Sequence record: SRR20825019_2041
Direction: 5' to 3' (one strand)
DNA: 32,497 nt
The translations under genes were made by a program, and so were the position numbers. Every line of letters begins with the position of its first letter. Position 1 is the stretch's first letter. The notes below the pieces were generated by a model that was not told the origin of the DNA, searched no databases, and worked only from the letters and a program-made list of their open reading frames with translations. Below, piece after piece: positions 1 to 9,683 of this stretch.

Positions 1-1
1 A

Positions 2-1564
2 GACGGCTATATTTTTGTGTTTCAGGATATCCGGGGGCGACACAAATCGGAAGGTGAGTTCGAGATGCTGCGGCCGCTTGCAGAGGGCGGCGGCGAACTA
101 GCTATCGATGAAAGCACGGACGCATACGATACGATAGATTGGCTCGTGAAAAATGTTGGGGGCAACAACGGCAACGTTGGCATGCTGGGGGTTTCTTATC
201 CGGCGTGGCTTTCCGTAATGGCGGCAGCAAACCCGCACCCTGCGCTAAAGGCCATTTCCCCGCAAGCCTCACCCGCTGATGTCTATATCGGTGATGATTT
301 CTTTCATAATGGCGCGTTTCATCTGAGCTATGGTTTTGAGTATGTCACGTTCATGGAGCGTGGGACCGGTGCCGATGTTTTCGACTTCGGTACAGATGAT
401 ACATATGAGTGGTATCTTAAGCTTGGTTCCCTCAAAAATGTTAAATCCAACTATCTGGCTCAGTATGACACCAGTTGGGATCAGTTTTCCGCTCATCCCA
501 ATTATGATGCGTTCTGGCATAAGCGTGCCGTGTTAAAACAACTGCCAAAGATTGAAGTTGCGAACCTCAATGTGGGCGGGTGGTACGATGCGGAGGATGG
601 CTATGGCCCCTTTGCGATGTATCACGCTTGGCAAAAAGCTAGCCCGTCAGGGCCAAATTATCTGGTGCTTGGCCCCTGGACACATGGTGGATGGTTGGGC
701 GAGGGCTCGGCCATTCGCCCGTTGGCTTTTGGTAGTGATACTTCGGCTTATTTCCGCGAGCAAATCCTTCGCCCCTGGTTTGCAGAACACTTGAAGGGCA
801 ATAAGGGCAAAGTGTCCACGGCTCATATTTTTGAAACCGGCAGCAACCAGTGGCGGACAGCTGAAACGTGGCCTGCGGTAAATAGGCAGACACGAAAGCT
901 CTATTTTCACAACGACGGCATACTTTCCTTTGAACCTCCAGTGGAAAATACGGGTGCTGCCGACAGGTTTGTTTCTGATCCCGCTTCCCCTGTACCCTAT
1001 CGTCCGAGGCCCATCGAAAATATGTTTTCAGGCCCTGGGTGGTCTACATGGCAAACTCTTGACCAACGGTTCGTTGAGGGTCGGGAAGACGTCCTTAGCT
1101 GGGTAACTCCCATGCTGGAAGAAGATGTCGTGATATCAGGCCAGATATTGGCACGGCTATATGCGGCTACAACAGGTAGTGATGCTGACTGGGTCGTCAA
1201 GCTTATCGACGTATATCCAGAAGATTATCCAGAGAAACCGGAAATGGCTGGCTACCAGCTTATGGTGTCAGGAGAAATCCTTCGTGGACGCTTCAGAAAC
1301 GGGCTGGAGAAACCGGAAGCAATTACACCAGGTGTGACCGAACAATATGATATCGACCTTCGTTTCAGGCAGCATCGCTTCAAGAAGGGCCACCGGATCA
1401 TGGTACAGGTGCAAAGCAGCTGGTTTCCGCTTTTTGATCGTAATCCGCAGAAGTTCATTGAAAACATCTTTGACGCAGAAGCGGAAGATTTCAGGAAGGC
1501 GGAGCACACAATCCTGCGTTCAAGAGACTTTCCCTCTCACGTTCAGGTCGATGTGATTGAATAA
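2..1564 (+). CDS. CocE/NonD family hydrolase (alpha-amino acid ester hydrolase / glutaryl-7-ACA acylase-like, peptidase S15), 5'-truncated by the window edge
   Basis: Frame is open from base 2 (DGYIFVFQDIRGR). Contains QDIRGR..SEG, DAYDTIDWL, nucleophile GVSY, GGWYDAED, GPWTHG and a PepX-type C-terminal domain (HRFKKGHRIMVQVQSSWFP). Confidence 0.9.
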   Translation, partial: DGYIFVFQDIRGRHKSEGEFEMLRPLAEGGGELAIDESTDAYDTIDWLVKNVGGNNGNVGMLGVSYPAWLSVMAAANPHPALKAISPQASPADVYIGDDFFHNGAFHLSYGFEYVTFMERGTGADVFDFGTDDTYEWYLKLGSLKNVKSNYLAQYDTSWDQFSAHPNYDAFWHKRAVLKQLPKIEVANLNVGGWYDAEDGYGPFAMYHAWQKASPSGPNYLVLGPWTHGGWLGEGSAIRPLAFGSDTSAYFREQILRPWFAEHLKGNKGKVSTAHIFETGSNQWRTAETWPAVNRQTRKLYFHNDGILSFEPPVENTGAADRFVSDPASPVPYRPRPIENMFSGPGWSTWQTLDQRFVEGREDVLSWVTPMLEEDVVISGQILARLYAATTGSDADWVVKLIDVYPEDYPEKPEMAGYQLMVSGEILRGRFRNGLEKPEAITPGVTEQYDIDLRFRQHRFKKGHRIMVQVQSSWFPLFDRNPQKFIENIFDAEAEDFRKAEHTILRSRDFPSHVQVDVIE

Positions 1565-1572
1565 GCAAAAAA

Positions 1573-1607
1573 TTGGCGAGATTGGTTTATGTCAGCCATC
1601 TCGCCAA
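1573..1607. terminator. Stem-loop just after the CocE/NonD stop, probable intrinsic terminator
   Basis: TTGGCGAGAT (1573-1582) and ATCTCGCCAA (1598-1607) form a perfect 10-bp inverted repeat that extends inward. It is preceded by an A-run; there is no U-tract on the + side. Confidence 0.55.
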
Positions 1608-1822
1608 AGTATGCAGTCGGTCTCGGATCGCCCCAAAGCAGACGCGGGCACAGGACTGGCTTGGAACTTTCTAGGTTCTTATTTTATCTGTCTAATAAAT
1701 AAAGAACGCGCCATCTCCGCCTGCTCTCCACCAAGAAAAGGTGATGAAAATCATGGAGCCATTACTGCATTTTTGATAATAGATTGTAGTAATGCTTGGA
1801 GGTCACGGGGTGAGAGAAAGAT

Positions 1823-4504
1823 ATGACTGACTTGGCGAGCGCAACAGCAGGCGCACAATTTGTTAGAGCCGATTTACACATTCACTCCTTTGGGCCACAT
1901 GGGTCGTTTGACGTCGAAGACGAGATGATGACACCCGAGGCAATCGTGCAGTCAGCTATTGCAAACAACCTAGATATTATCAGCATTACTGATCACAATG
2001 AGATCGGCAATGTTGGTCGCGCGATTGAGTATGTACAAGTCAATAGCCTCAATATTTTGGTCATTCCCGGCGTCGAACTCAGCACACCACAAGGTCATTT
2101 GCTAGTTTATTTTGCCGAGTACAAACACCTCCGGACTTTTTTTGGTCAATTAAACATTTCCGAGGACCATAAGCGATGCAAAGACAGTTTGGAAATCTGT
2201 CTTGACCAAGCAGGCCGGCATGGAGGTTTCGGAATTTGTGCTCATATCGAACTTGCGTCCGGGTTTGAGCAGACCATGGGGCGGTTTAGCCCGGTTATGT
2301 CCGCCGTATTCTGCCATCCTCAGCTGCTTGCACTCGAAATTAGCAACAAAGAGACCGTCAATCGCTATACCGACGTAGATGACAACGCAAGTCGCCTGAA
2401 ACTTGTGGGTGACAGGCGTGTGCTACTGGGGCAGGAGTCGGACCATATCCTTCCAAAAGTTATGAATTCCGACGCGCATATGCTCAGCAAACTAGGGGAA
2501 AACGCCGCAGGTGAGAAGCGATTGACCCGCTTCAAAGTGGATGAGTTGTCATTTGACGCAGTGCGAATAGCGCTCACTCAGTACCATTCACGAGTAAGAT
2601 TAGAAGACTATATTCCAGCAAGGATACCGCATTTTGTCTCCGTCAAGCTCGAAGGCAATTTGCTAGATCAGCAACACATTCATCTCAGTAAAAACCTCAC
2701 TTGTATAATAGGTGGTCGCGGGACCGGTAAATCTACCCTTCTTGAAACTATCCGAGAGGCATCAGGCAATAGCCGTGAAGCTGATGTGGTTGATAGTGAG
2801 GTTTGGCCTGACAAAATCACGCTCACTTACGAAGATGAAACCGGTGGGCGCACTACGTTCGTCCAAGGTGCTTTTAGTTGTGCGGAAAACATCACGGACC
2901 CGAAGGAGGGTATAAATCAAGTCCCTATAGAGTGTTATGGCCAAGGCGCGACAATGGAGACGATCAAGCATAGCGACAAAGATCCACGTGCACTTTTAGG
3001 ATTTCTCGATGACTTTATCGAATTTGGCCTGCTTAAAAGTGATGACAGGCGAGTACGCGACCAGTTGCTAGAAAACCAAAGCGACAATACCAAACTTCGA
3101 CTATCGGTCGCCCAAATTCCAGAAGTAGCAAAGCATCTCAAAAACCTGCGCGACAAGCAAAAACGTCTAGAAGATGACAAAGTTGGTGACTTGGTACGAA
3201 ACCACGCAGCGCTAGTGAATGAGCGAGCCATGCGCAACGAGTTGATTGAAGAACTCAATAAGCTTGTCAAGACATACAAGGAAGCTTTGTCTGATACCTC
3301 GCTCTTTGATCAGATTGCTCAGTTTGATGGAGCCAGGATCGTGGTTGGAAAGACCGAGTTTGATGCGGTGAAATCTATTGTGAAGCAAATTGCTGAAATA
3401 GTCTCGAGCCAATCAGGTCAGCTAAATGAAGCGCTCAAGGTTAAGATTGCCGAGATTAGTGCTCAACTTGAAGCATGGAAAGGCTGCGAGGCCGATATTC
3501 GGAAAAAACTGGACGCGAAAAAAGAGGAGTTGGAAGCTGAAGGTATCCCGTTTGATATCGCTAAAATCAATCAGATTGTAACCGACATCAGCGATTATGA
3601 GCGGCAGCTTAGGCACTTGGAGCGGGATGCCGAAACGCTTATGCAAGTGCGGTTGGCGCGCAGAGATTTGCTCGCGGAGCGGACTCGGGTGAAGAAAGAG
3701 ACCTATCGCGCAAGAGCGATATTTGCCCGAGAGATCAATAAAAACCTTGCCAATGCTGTGGATGGATTGCACGTAAAAGCTAGCTTCCATGCAGGATGCT
3801 ATTCACCCCCTTTCCACAAGGAAATCAAAGAATTAATGGGGTGGAAAACATCGCGGGTCAGCAAAGCCGAGGCCCTGGCGTGCGCAATGTCACCCCTGCA
3901 GTTCGCCAAGCTGGTACGGAAAAAGGATCTTTCAAGTTTAAAAGCGATCACAGATGACGTCGGCATTCCTGTGTTCGATGACTCTGAAATTGCAAACATA
4001 TTAGAACGAGCCCTCGAGAACGAAGCCTACAAAGATTTTGAAGCGCTAGAGTTTGAAGATCGTCCCAAGCTTGAGGTAACCAAAGAGATAGCTTTGGAGG
4101 ATGGCGGTAAACGCCACATGACAAAGCCGATTTCAAAACTGTCATTGGGGCAACAGCAGTCTATTCTTCTTGCTATCCTCATTCAATCCAATAGCGACCG
4201 GCCCCTTTTGATAGATCAACCAGAAGACAATCTGGATAGCGAATTTATTTATAAGACGATCGTAAAAAATCTCATGCAGATCAAGGAAACGCGGCAGGTT
4301 ATCGTCGTAACTCACAATGCGAACATTGCTGTGCTTGGAGACGCCGAACTCGTCCTACCTCTCCGCAGTACACATGAACGCTCTCGGATCGTCGATAGAG
4401 GATCAATAGACCGTCGCGAAGTCAGAGATCAATGTTGCGAGATACTTGAAGGCGGAGAGCGGGCATTTAAGCAACGCCAAGCAATATATGGGCTCCAGGA
4501 TTGA
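1823..4504 (+). CDS. ppl: PHP phosphoesterase - coiled-coil ABC/SMC-like ATPase fusion (Ppl / TrlF-like anti-phage protein)
   Basis: PHP metal motifs ADLHIHS, ITDHN, GVELST..GHLL, AHI, NSDAH. Walker A GGRGTGKS, long coiled coil, ABC signature-like LSLGQQ, Walker B/D-loop LLIDQPEDNLD, H-loop VVTHN. 893 aa, adjacent to qatABCD. Confidence 0.8.
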   Translation: MTDLASATAGAQFVRADLHIHSFGPHGSFDVEDEMMTPEAIVQSAIANNLDIISITDHNEIGNVGRAIEYVQVNSLNILVIPGVELSTPQGHLLVYFAEYKHLRTFFGQLNISEDHKRCKDSLEICLDQAGRHGGFGICAHIELASGFEQTMGRFSPVMSAVFCHPQLLALEISNKETVNRYTDVDDNASRLKLVGDRRVLLGQESDHILPKVMNSDAHMLSKLGENAAGEKRLTRFKVDELSFDAVRIALTQYHSRVRLEDYIPARIPHFVSVKLEGNLLDQQHIHLSKNLTCIIGGRGTGKSTLLETIREASGNSREADVVDSEVWPDKITLTYEDETGGRTTFVQGAFSCAENITDPKEGINQVPIECYGQGATMETIKHSDKDPRALLGFLDDFIEFGLLKSDDRRVRDQLLENQSDNTKLRLSVAQIPEVAKHLKNLRDKQKRLEDDKVGDLVRNHAALVNERAMRNELIEELNKLVKTYKEALSDTSLFDQIAQFDGARIVVGKTEFDAVKSIVKQIAEIVSSQSGQLNEALKVKIAEISAQLEAWKGCEADIRKKLDAKKEELEAEGIPFDIAKINQIVTDISDYERQLRHLERDAETLMQVRLARRDLLAERTRVKKETYRARAIFAREINKNLANAVDGLHVKASFHAGCYSPPFHKEIKELMGWKTSRVSKAEALACAMSPLQFAKLVRKKDLSSLKAITDDVGIPVFDDSEIANILERALENEAYKDFEALEFEDRPKLEVTKEIALEDGGKRHMTKPISKLSLGQQQSILLAILIQSNSDRPLLIDQPEDNLDSEFIYKTIVKNLMQIKETRQVIVVTHNANIAVLGDAELVLPLRSTHERSRIVDRGSIDRREVRDQCCEILEGGERAFKQRQAIYGLQD

Positions 4505-4712
4505 TTTATGCAATCCGTCAACTGTGACCAAAATCGCACTGACTACTATCGCTAACAGGTGTGACAACGGATTGGCATAGTTTGAAATCTTATGCTGCCT
4601 TATCCTTTTGCCCCCCATCGACTTCCGTCAAGTCCGTTATTGGCTATAACTTTCTCCATTGAGATTCCAACAAGCTAATCTGTTGATTTCTTTGGCAAAT
4701 CAACTACGAGAA

Positions 4713-5456
4713 CTAGCGAAGGAGCAGCGTCAAGTTCTCCGCCACTGCGGCCCGTAACTCCACTTCCGGTTTTTGCAGGAGCTGAGATAGGATTGAGATT
4801 GCAGGTGCTACCTGCAACGGCTGCAGTTCAACTTCTTGCCATTTAGCAAAAGGTCCGTCGGTCTCTGTCAATATTCTATCTAAAGGCATCATTGCAGCAA
4901 GTCGGCGCCCTTTTTCTGATGCTAGCATTGCAGGACCAACTGAAAACCAACAGCCCAATTCCACTGCCTCCATCAGCTGCTTTTGGGTACCGCTAAACCA
5001 GTGCAGGATTGGAGTGCTGTCGCCCATGTAATCAACAAGGTGATCCAAAACTTGATCTGTAGCCTCGCGACTGTGAATAGAAAGAATCTTTCCGCCCCCA
5101 GCATCGGACAATTTCAAGATTTCAGAAAATACGAACTTCTGCGCTTCAATGCTATCTCGGTATTCCCTGGAGGCATCTAGACCTATCTCTCCAACGAAGC
5201 GCGTTTGTGGGAGCAGTTCTTCAAAAAGGAATAATTCACTAGCCCTACTACCTGCCAGTTGGGGATGCAGACCTAAAGCGGTTTCAATATTCTTCACATT
5301 TCTAGCTAGTGCACTTGTTTTATTCCAAGCCTTTGGCGTAGTTGTCACTGACAAAACGAAGTTGCCGGATGACCGAATTTTTTTCACCTGTTCCGAAGCA
5401 TTTTCGTACAAATCTAGATGGCAATGCATATCAACTAAATTGGCACGTGCTTGCAC
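4713..5456 (-). CDS. qatD: QatD, TatD-family nuclease of the Qat anti-phage system
   Basis: DMHCHLDLY, ALGLHP, VGEIGLD, SIHSR, LHWFSG, LTETDGPF TatD motifs. Last gene of the operon, overlapping the qatC end. Confidence 0.9.
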   Translation of the reverse strand: MQARANLVDMHCHLDLYENASEQVKKIRSSGNFVLSVTTTPKAWNKTSALARNVKNIETALGLHPQLAGSRASELFLFEELLPQTRFVGEIGLDASREYRDSIEAQKFVFSEILKLSDAGGGKILSIHSREATDQVLDHLVDYMGDSTPILHWFSGTQKQLMEAVELGCWFSVGPAMLASEKGRRLAAMMPLDRILTETDGPFAKWQEVELQPLQVAPAISILSQLLQKPEVELRAAVAENLTLLLR

Positions 5457-6751
5457 AAGAAGTCTCTTAGCTCAGATAATCCGTTACTTACAACATCGAC
5501 CCGGGCCGCCCTCTCGGCAGGATCATGCGGTAGCGGGCCGCTTCTTCTAGCCCACTCTTTTACATCGGCTCCACTAAATTTTTTTATCGCCTGAATTACT
5601 GCCAATACATCATCCCGATCGTTTTCCAATGCTAATGCATCCGAAAGCTTGGGAAAGCGATATGCCGCGTCAGCATTTTCTGCTATTCCACTCGCGTCAA
5701 AAGACGCCCTCCGGATCAGACAGGGAAGGCATTTACCACATTGCTGCCAGTGACGTTTCCACTTTCCGCATGAACGTGTCGCCGGAGCCAATTTCGATAG
5801 CAATTTTTGGTCCGCACAATTCAGCATCATCTCCCCCTTGGTAACATTATAGAAGGGGTTTTTGACCTTTATTGGCAGCCCCAAAGAGTCAAGCAGCTCT
5901 TGAAACAATCCCAAGAAGTACGGATGTGTTGTCCTTGTACTTTGAGCGCCAATCCTTCTGGGCGTCAAAGGGGGATTAATCGAGATAAAGCCATTCTCTG
6001 GCACAACTAAATCGACAATGTGCCCGCCTTTTGTATTCGAGATCGCCGATGCTGCGACCACCCCCATTGCCAGGAAAAGAAAGCTCCTAGCCCTCATAGA
6101 GGTCTCGTATTTAAACTTGGTCCCGTCAGCAAGTGGACGCCTCTTAGGATTCACATTGGCAGCAAATCTGGGCAGATCATACTTCGCATAATGGAGCAGT
6201 TCATTTTGTACACTTGCGTCACCGATATAAGCTTGGCTCACGAGTAGCGGCTTAATTCCCGCTCCTACAAGGTCGATAACTCCGGTCGTACTATCAAGTC
6301 CTCCAGAAAACAAACATGCGCAGTCAGCCTTATAGTCTGGCCTCAGGTGGCTTTTGCCAGTGGGCAGATAGCCGTCCCCAGCAAATTCGATTCTCCATTG
6401 GTCACCAGAAAGAAAGCAAAGCATCTTTTCCAAAGATTGATTGATCTGAGCCCATGACGATGGCCTCGCAAGGTGTACTCTTGCATCAATCTCTCGATGC
6501 CACCGGTTAGCAGCATCCGACCGCAATACAAAAGTGTCACCTGCGATTACCGTCAATGCTAAGCTTAGTAAATCAACTGCCTCCGGCTGCGGTAGCGCAG
6601 GAAGGCGCAAAACCTCTCTATGAAGTTGATCACCGATATAAGCTAGCTCGCTGCCAACATCCGATCTCTGAAAAAGTAGAACTGGAACAACATCTGGCCC
6701 AACCTTCGGCAAATGAGAAGCATCGTGGGAACAAATCAGTTTAGTCATCAT
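5435..6751 (-). CDS. qatC: QatC, QueC-like ATP pyrophosphatase-fold protein
   Basis: PP-loop LFSGGLDS, RARSFLF, VPENGFISINPPL, TRTTHP, NPF..TKGEM, Cys cluster SCGK..QCGKCLPCLIRR. Start moved to ATG 6751 (or 6748), which overlaps the qatB stop. Confidence 0.9.
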   Translation of the reverse strand: MMTKLICSHDASHLPKVGPDVVPVLLFQRSDVGSELAYIGDQLHREVLRLPALPQPEAVDLLSLALTVIAGDTFVLRSDAANRWHREIDARVHLARPSSWAQINQSLEKMLCFLSGDQWRIEFAGDGYLPTGKSHLRPDYKADCACLFSGGLDSTTGVIDLVGAGIKPLLVSQAYIGDASVQNELLHYAKYDLPRFAANVNPKRRPLADGTKFKYETSMRARSFLFLAMGVVAASAISNTKGGHIVDLVVPENGFISINPPLTPRRIGAQSTRTTHPYFLGLFQELLDSLGLPIKVKNPFYNVTKGEMMLNCADQKLLSKLAPATRSCGKWKRHWQQCGKCLPCLIRRASFDASGIAENADAAYRFPKLSDALALENDRDDVLAVIQAIKKFSGADVKEWARRSGPLPHDPAERAARVDVVSNGLSELRDFLCKHVPI

Positions 6752-7505
6752 AGCCCTCCCACACTTCCAGGACCTCATGCACAACATCGCGGTGCAGTTT
6801 GTCCAGCGCGTCTACCTGGAGATTAGACATGTCGCCCAAGCCTAGCCCTCCAACTGCTTCCTCCACGACTACACTAATCAACTCCTTCAGGCCATTTTCG
6901 GCACGGATCGCTTCTTCTGCATTGTCAGTTTTTTGAAATGCCTTATCACTTTCCACAACAATCCAGTGAAAAACAGACTCCGTGAGATAGGTCTCAAATA
7001 GAGACATTAGGGCCGAATTGTCGATGTTAGAGGGATCAAAATCCTGATGCTTACACAGCGCTTCTTCGAGAGCACTGTTTAAGGCAGCGCGGATAATTTC
7101 CGCGTCACCATTGTTGGGCGTCAATGCCTCTACCAACATATCAATCACAATATTGACGTCGACACCAATACAAGCGGCGATATCAAATTCCAGAACATCC
7201 CCTCGCGGCTTCCCTTCAGCAATATCCGAAAGTAGATCAATCGCTGCTGCACCCACAGCTGCCATTGGGGCATATCTGCGAGTACCTGTTGTGCTACCGC
7301 CTACAGAACTAGAGGCAAATCCGCAAAGTGCGCCGCGCAAATCCCGAGGGCTTCCGCTAGATACGTAGCGACCCAATTTTGTCCGGAATCCCCGGTGTCT
7401 TTGCTTTGAGTCCGGCTGCTTTGGCTTAGGGCCATTGTCGTCAACCCACGGCGGGAGAAGCGGTGACTTGTCAGAAGACCCCCGAGATGAAGAAGAAGTT
7501 CCCAT
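6741..7505 (-). CDS. qatB: QatB, Qat system associated protein
   Basis: Begins MGTSSSS..PLLPPW, as typical for QatB. ATG at 7505 overlaps the qatA stop (TAATG coupling) and has a GGAGGGG RBS. Lies between the KAP NTPase and the QueC-like gene. Confidence 0.85.
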   Translation of the reverse strand: MGTSSSSRGSSDKSPLLPPWVDDNGPKPKQPDSKQRHRGFRTKLGRYVSSGSPRDLRGALCGFASSSVGGSTTGTRRYAPMAAVGAAAIDLLSDIAEGKPRGDVLEFDIAACIGVDVNIVIDMLVEALTPNNGDAEIIRAALNSALEEALCKHQDFDPSNIDNSALMSLFETYLTESVFHWIVVESDKAFQKTDNAEEAIRAENGLKELISVVVEEAVGGLGLGDMSNLQVDALDKLHRDVVHEVLEVWEGYDD

Positions 7506-9325
7506 TATTTCCCCTCCTCTTTCGCAAGCCAACTCCGCTTATTTGTCAGCGCAACAAGCCACTTTGGGGGCTCCTTTAGCTGCAGGCTGACAATAAAGCC
7601 CCTTAAAAGCTGTCTAGCCGGTTCGTGTTCATCTGCTAAAAGTAGTAACCCGTTAAGAGGCCGAGGCCTTGACTCCCAATCCTGCGTCTTCCGCAGAAGG
7701 CCCACAAGCTCTTCTGCAACAACTTCCAGCTCATCCAACGGCAACTCTGAAATAAGTTTCTTGGCAGCTGGAGAACTTAAAGACGCCACCTCAGCAAGAC
7801 CTCGAAGCGCAGCTTCTCCCTGAACGGATAGCCCCATGACTGACGCTGTTATAGTAGCTGTATCCCGGCTCAGATACACCGCAGGCCTTAGGTCGATTTC
7901 GTCAAGAGAGGGCGGGAGCAAAACCCATTCCTTTAAAAACTCTTGGTCGGCCTTGAAGTCTGTTGGCAGGAGACCTTCGAACTTCTTGTCATCCAGAGCG
8001 TTCTTCTCCAGCTTTGATAAAACCGTAGGCTTTCCGGAACCCGCTGCATTCACCAAACCACAAAAAGCACTGAATGTTTTCCCGGCGGTACAGCGCTCCA
8101 AAATCGCAATCTTTGCTATGAGCGCCTCATCAATTGGCATGCCACGCTGTGTGGCTATCTGTTTGCGTATACGAATTGTGTTCAGAAGCCTCTTTACAAT
8201 CCTAGGGTTTCCTAAAATTCGGGAGGAATGTGCCAACAAGGGTGCAAGGCGTGTCGCAAGCCCTAGGGCTTCTGAAAGAGACTCTTCGTCTTCGGCTACC
8301 TTCAGAGCTTCCTCGGCAAATTTCCTATCAACCCCTGCCCCTTTCCATAGGGACTGAAGTCTTTCAAGTAATGCAGTCTGGAAGGCATCGAACCTTTCGT
8401 CGGAGACGCCAGCATCTTCCATAAACAGCAGCATAAGATAGACGGTAAGCTCCTGGACACCAATCCTAGGAACACGCACAGATACCTGAACCATCTTGTC
8501 CAAATAGTCGGTGACTAATCTATCGCCAGGGTCTTTGTAGTGCTCTTTAACCGCATGGCGTATCATCTCTTCGTCTGCTGCAATAACAAATGCCGTTGAT
8601 GGAAGAAACAAGAACTGCCGAACAGCTTCAAGGGTTTGGATAGCCTTTTTAGGCAAACATCTATCAAGATTGTCGATAAAGATAACGAGAGGGGCCTCTA
8701 GCTCACCCAAAAATGAACCAAACTGAGATCTAAAGGCTTCAATTTCTTCGGCCGGACTAAGTGGTCTTTCTGTTGGAGCAGCATGCGGGCGCTTCCTGAC
8801 AACCTTTTCGCCGGCATCTACGAGGGAGCTAACACCCAATCGCAAGTTGTTCGCGTCTTCTTCGTGTCCATCCCCCTCTAAGATACGCCTCGCTGAGCTC
8901 GATACCTTACTTAAGACGCCTGGAGGGGTGCCGGTAGCTGCTGCCAAGCCCCAGTCAGCCATTAATCCTGCCGCACGAAAAAAATCGACACGCTTGACTA
9001 ATTGGAGAGCCTTTTCTTTTAGTGAAGGAGTTGGCGCCCTTTCAAGAAGCTTCTTGGTAAGCACATCGAGCAACGCCGCACGAGCATCATCAAAGTCTTG
9101 AAACAACCAAGCATCAAAATTGACAACAATATATGACTTATCTGAGGATTGAGTCTTGAGGCTCTCTTCAACCAACCCCAAAACCGTAGACTTGCCCGCA
9201 CCCCATCCGCCATAAACTCCCACCGAAATGGGAAGAAGCTTGGGATTGGCAATCATAGACGCAACTACATCTGCAACCTCTGAAAAGTTAAGATAGTCAA
9301 CGCGAACGTCTGTATCGGCCCACAT
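7505..9325 (-). CDS. qatA: QatA, KAP-family P-loop NTPase
   Basis: MWAD..DYLNF start with a G-rich RBS, Walker A GGWGAGKS, FDAWLFQDFDDA, Walker B IFIDNLDRCLP, FVIAADE, DYLDKMVQ, GNPRIVKRLLN. Confidence 0.9.
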   Translation of the reverse strand: MWADTDVRVDYLNFSEVADVVASMIANPKLLPISVGVYGGWGAGKSTVLGLVEESLKTQSSDKSYIVVNFDAWLFQDFDDARAALLDVLTKKLLERAPTPSLKEKALQLVKRVDFFRAAGLMADWGLAAATGTPPGVLSKVSSSARRILEGDGHEEDANNLRLGVSSLVDAGEKVVRKRPHAAPTERPLSPAEEIEAFRSQFGSFLGELEAPLVIFIDNLDRCLPKKAIQTLEAVRQFLFLPSTAFVIAADEEMIRHAVKEHYKDPGDRLVTDYLDKMVQVSVRVPRIGVQELTVYLMLLFMEDAGVSDERFDAFQTALLERLQSLWKGAGVDRKFAEEALKVAEDEESLSEALGLATRLAPLLAHSSRILGNPRIVKRLLNTIRIRKQIATQRGMPIDEALIAKIAILERCTAGKTFSAFCGLVNAAGSGKPTVLSKLEKNALDDKKFEGLLPTDFKADQEFLKEWVLLPPSLDEIDLRPAVYLSRDTATITASVMGLSVQGEAALRGLAEVASLSSPAAKKLISELPLDELEVVAEELVGLLRKTQDWESRPRPLNGLLLLADEHEPARQLLRGFIVSLQLKEPPKWLVALTNKRSWLAKEEGK

Positions 9326-9639
9326 AATCCCCCCGACTAAATTGAGCGGCAAAAGCGTGTTCGACCAGCAAGCTTTGCGATCATTTCAATTCTAAAAGAT
9401 GATAGATACGGTACGCTCCAAAATACAACATTAAACAACACCAATTTAACCCTTAATTGCATTTTTGACAGTCGCACCAAATACTAAGGTAGTGGTTTCG
9501 TGGCATGAATGCTGTACGCAAAAGCTATATTCAATAAAATGAGTGCTACAGGTTCTGGGGCGTAGTTAGTTTTCGCCCAATGATGCTTCAAATGAGAATG
9601 GCCGCTTCTGGCCGATAACGGACAGGCATATGCAAAATC

Positions 9640-9673
9640 AAAAGCCGAACACCATTCTGGTGCCCGGCCTTTT
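9640..9673 (-). terminator. Degenerate intrinsic terminator following the MFS remnant
   Basis: AAAAGCCGAACACCA-TTC-TGGTGCCCGGCCTTTT is an imperfect GC-rich stem with A/T tails, about 10 nt downstream of the remnant's TGA. Confidence 0.55.
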
Positions 9674-9683
9674 CGGAGAACTC

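Noticed and set aside
1557-1826. 89-aa ORF between the CocE hydrolase and ppl as a possible small defence partner
   Set aside because: It runs through the terminator hairpin, the border motif and the likely ppl promoter, and has no domain-like features.
5435-6751. Housekeeping queC or a dpd DNA-modification cluster
   Set aside because: The protein is much longer than QueC, is flanked by KAP NTPase, QatB and TatD, and has no queD/queE/tgt-like neighbours.
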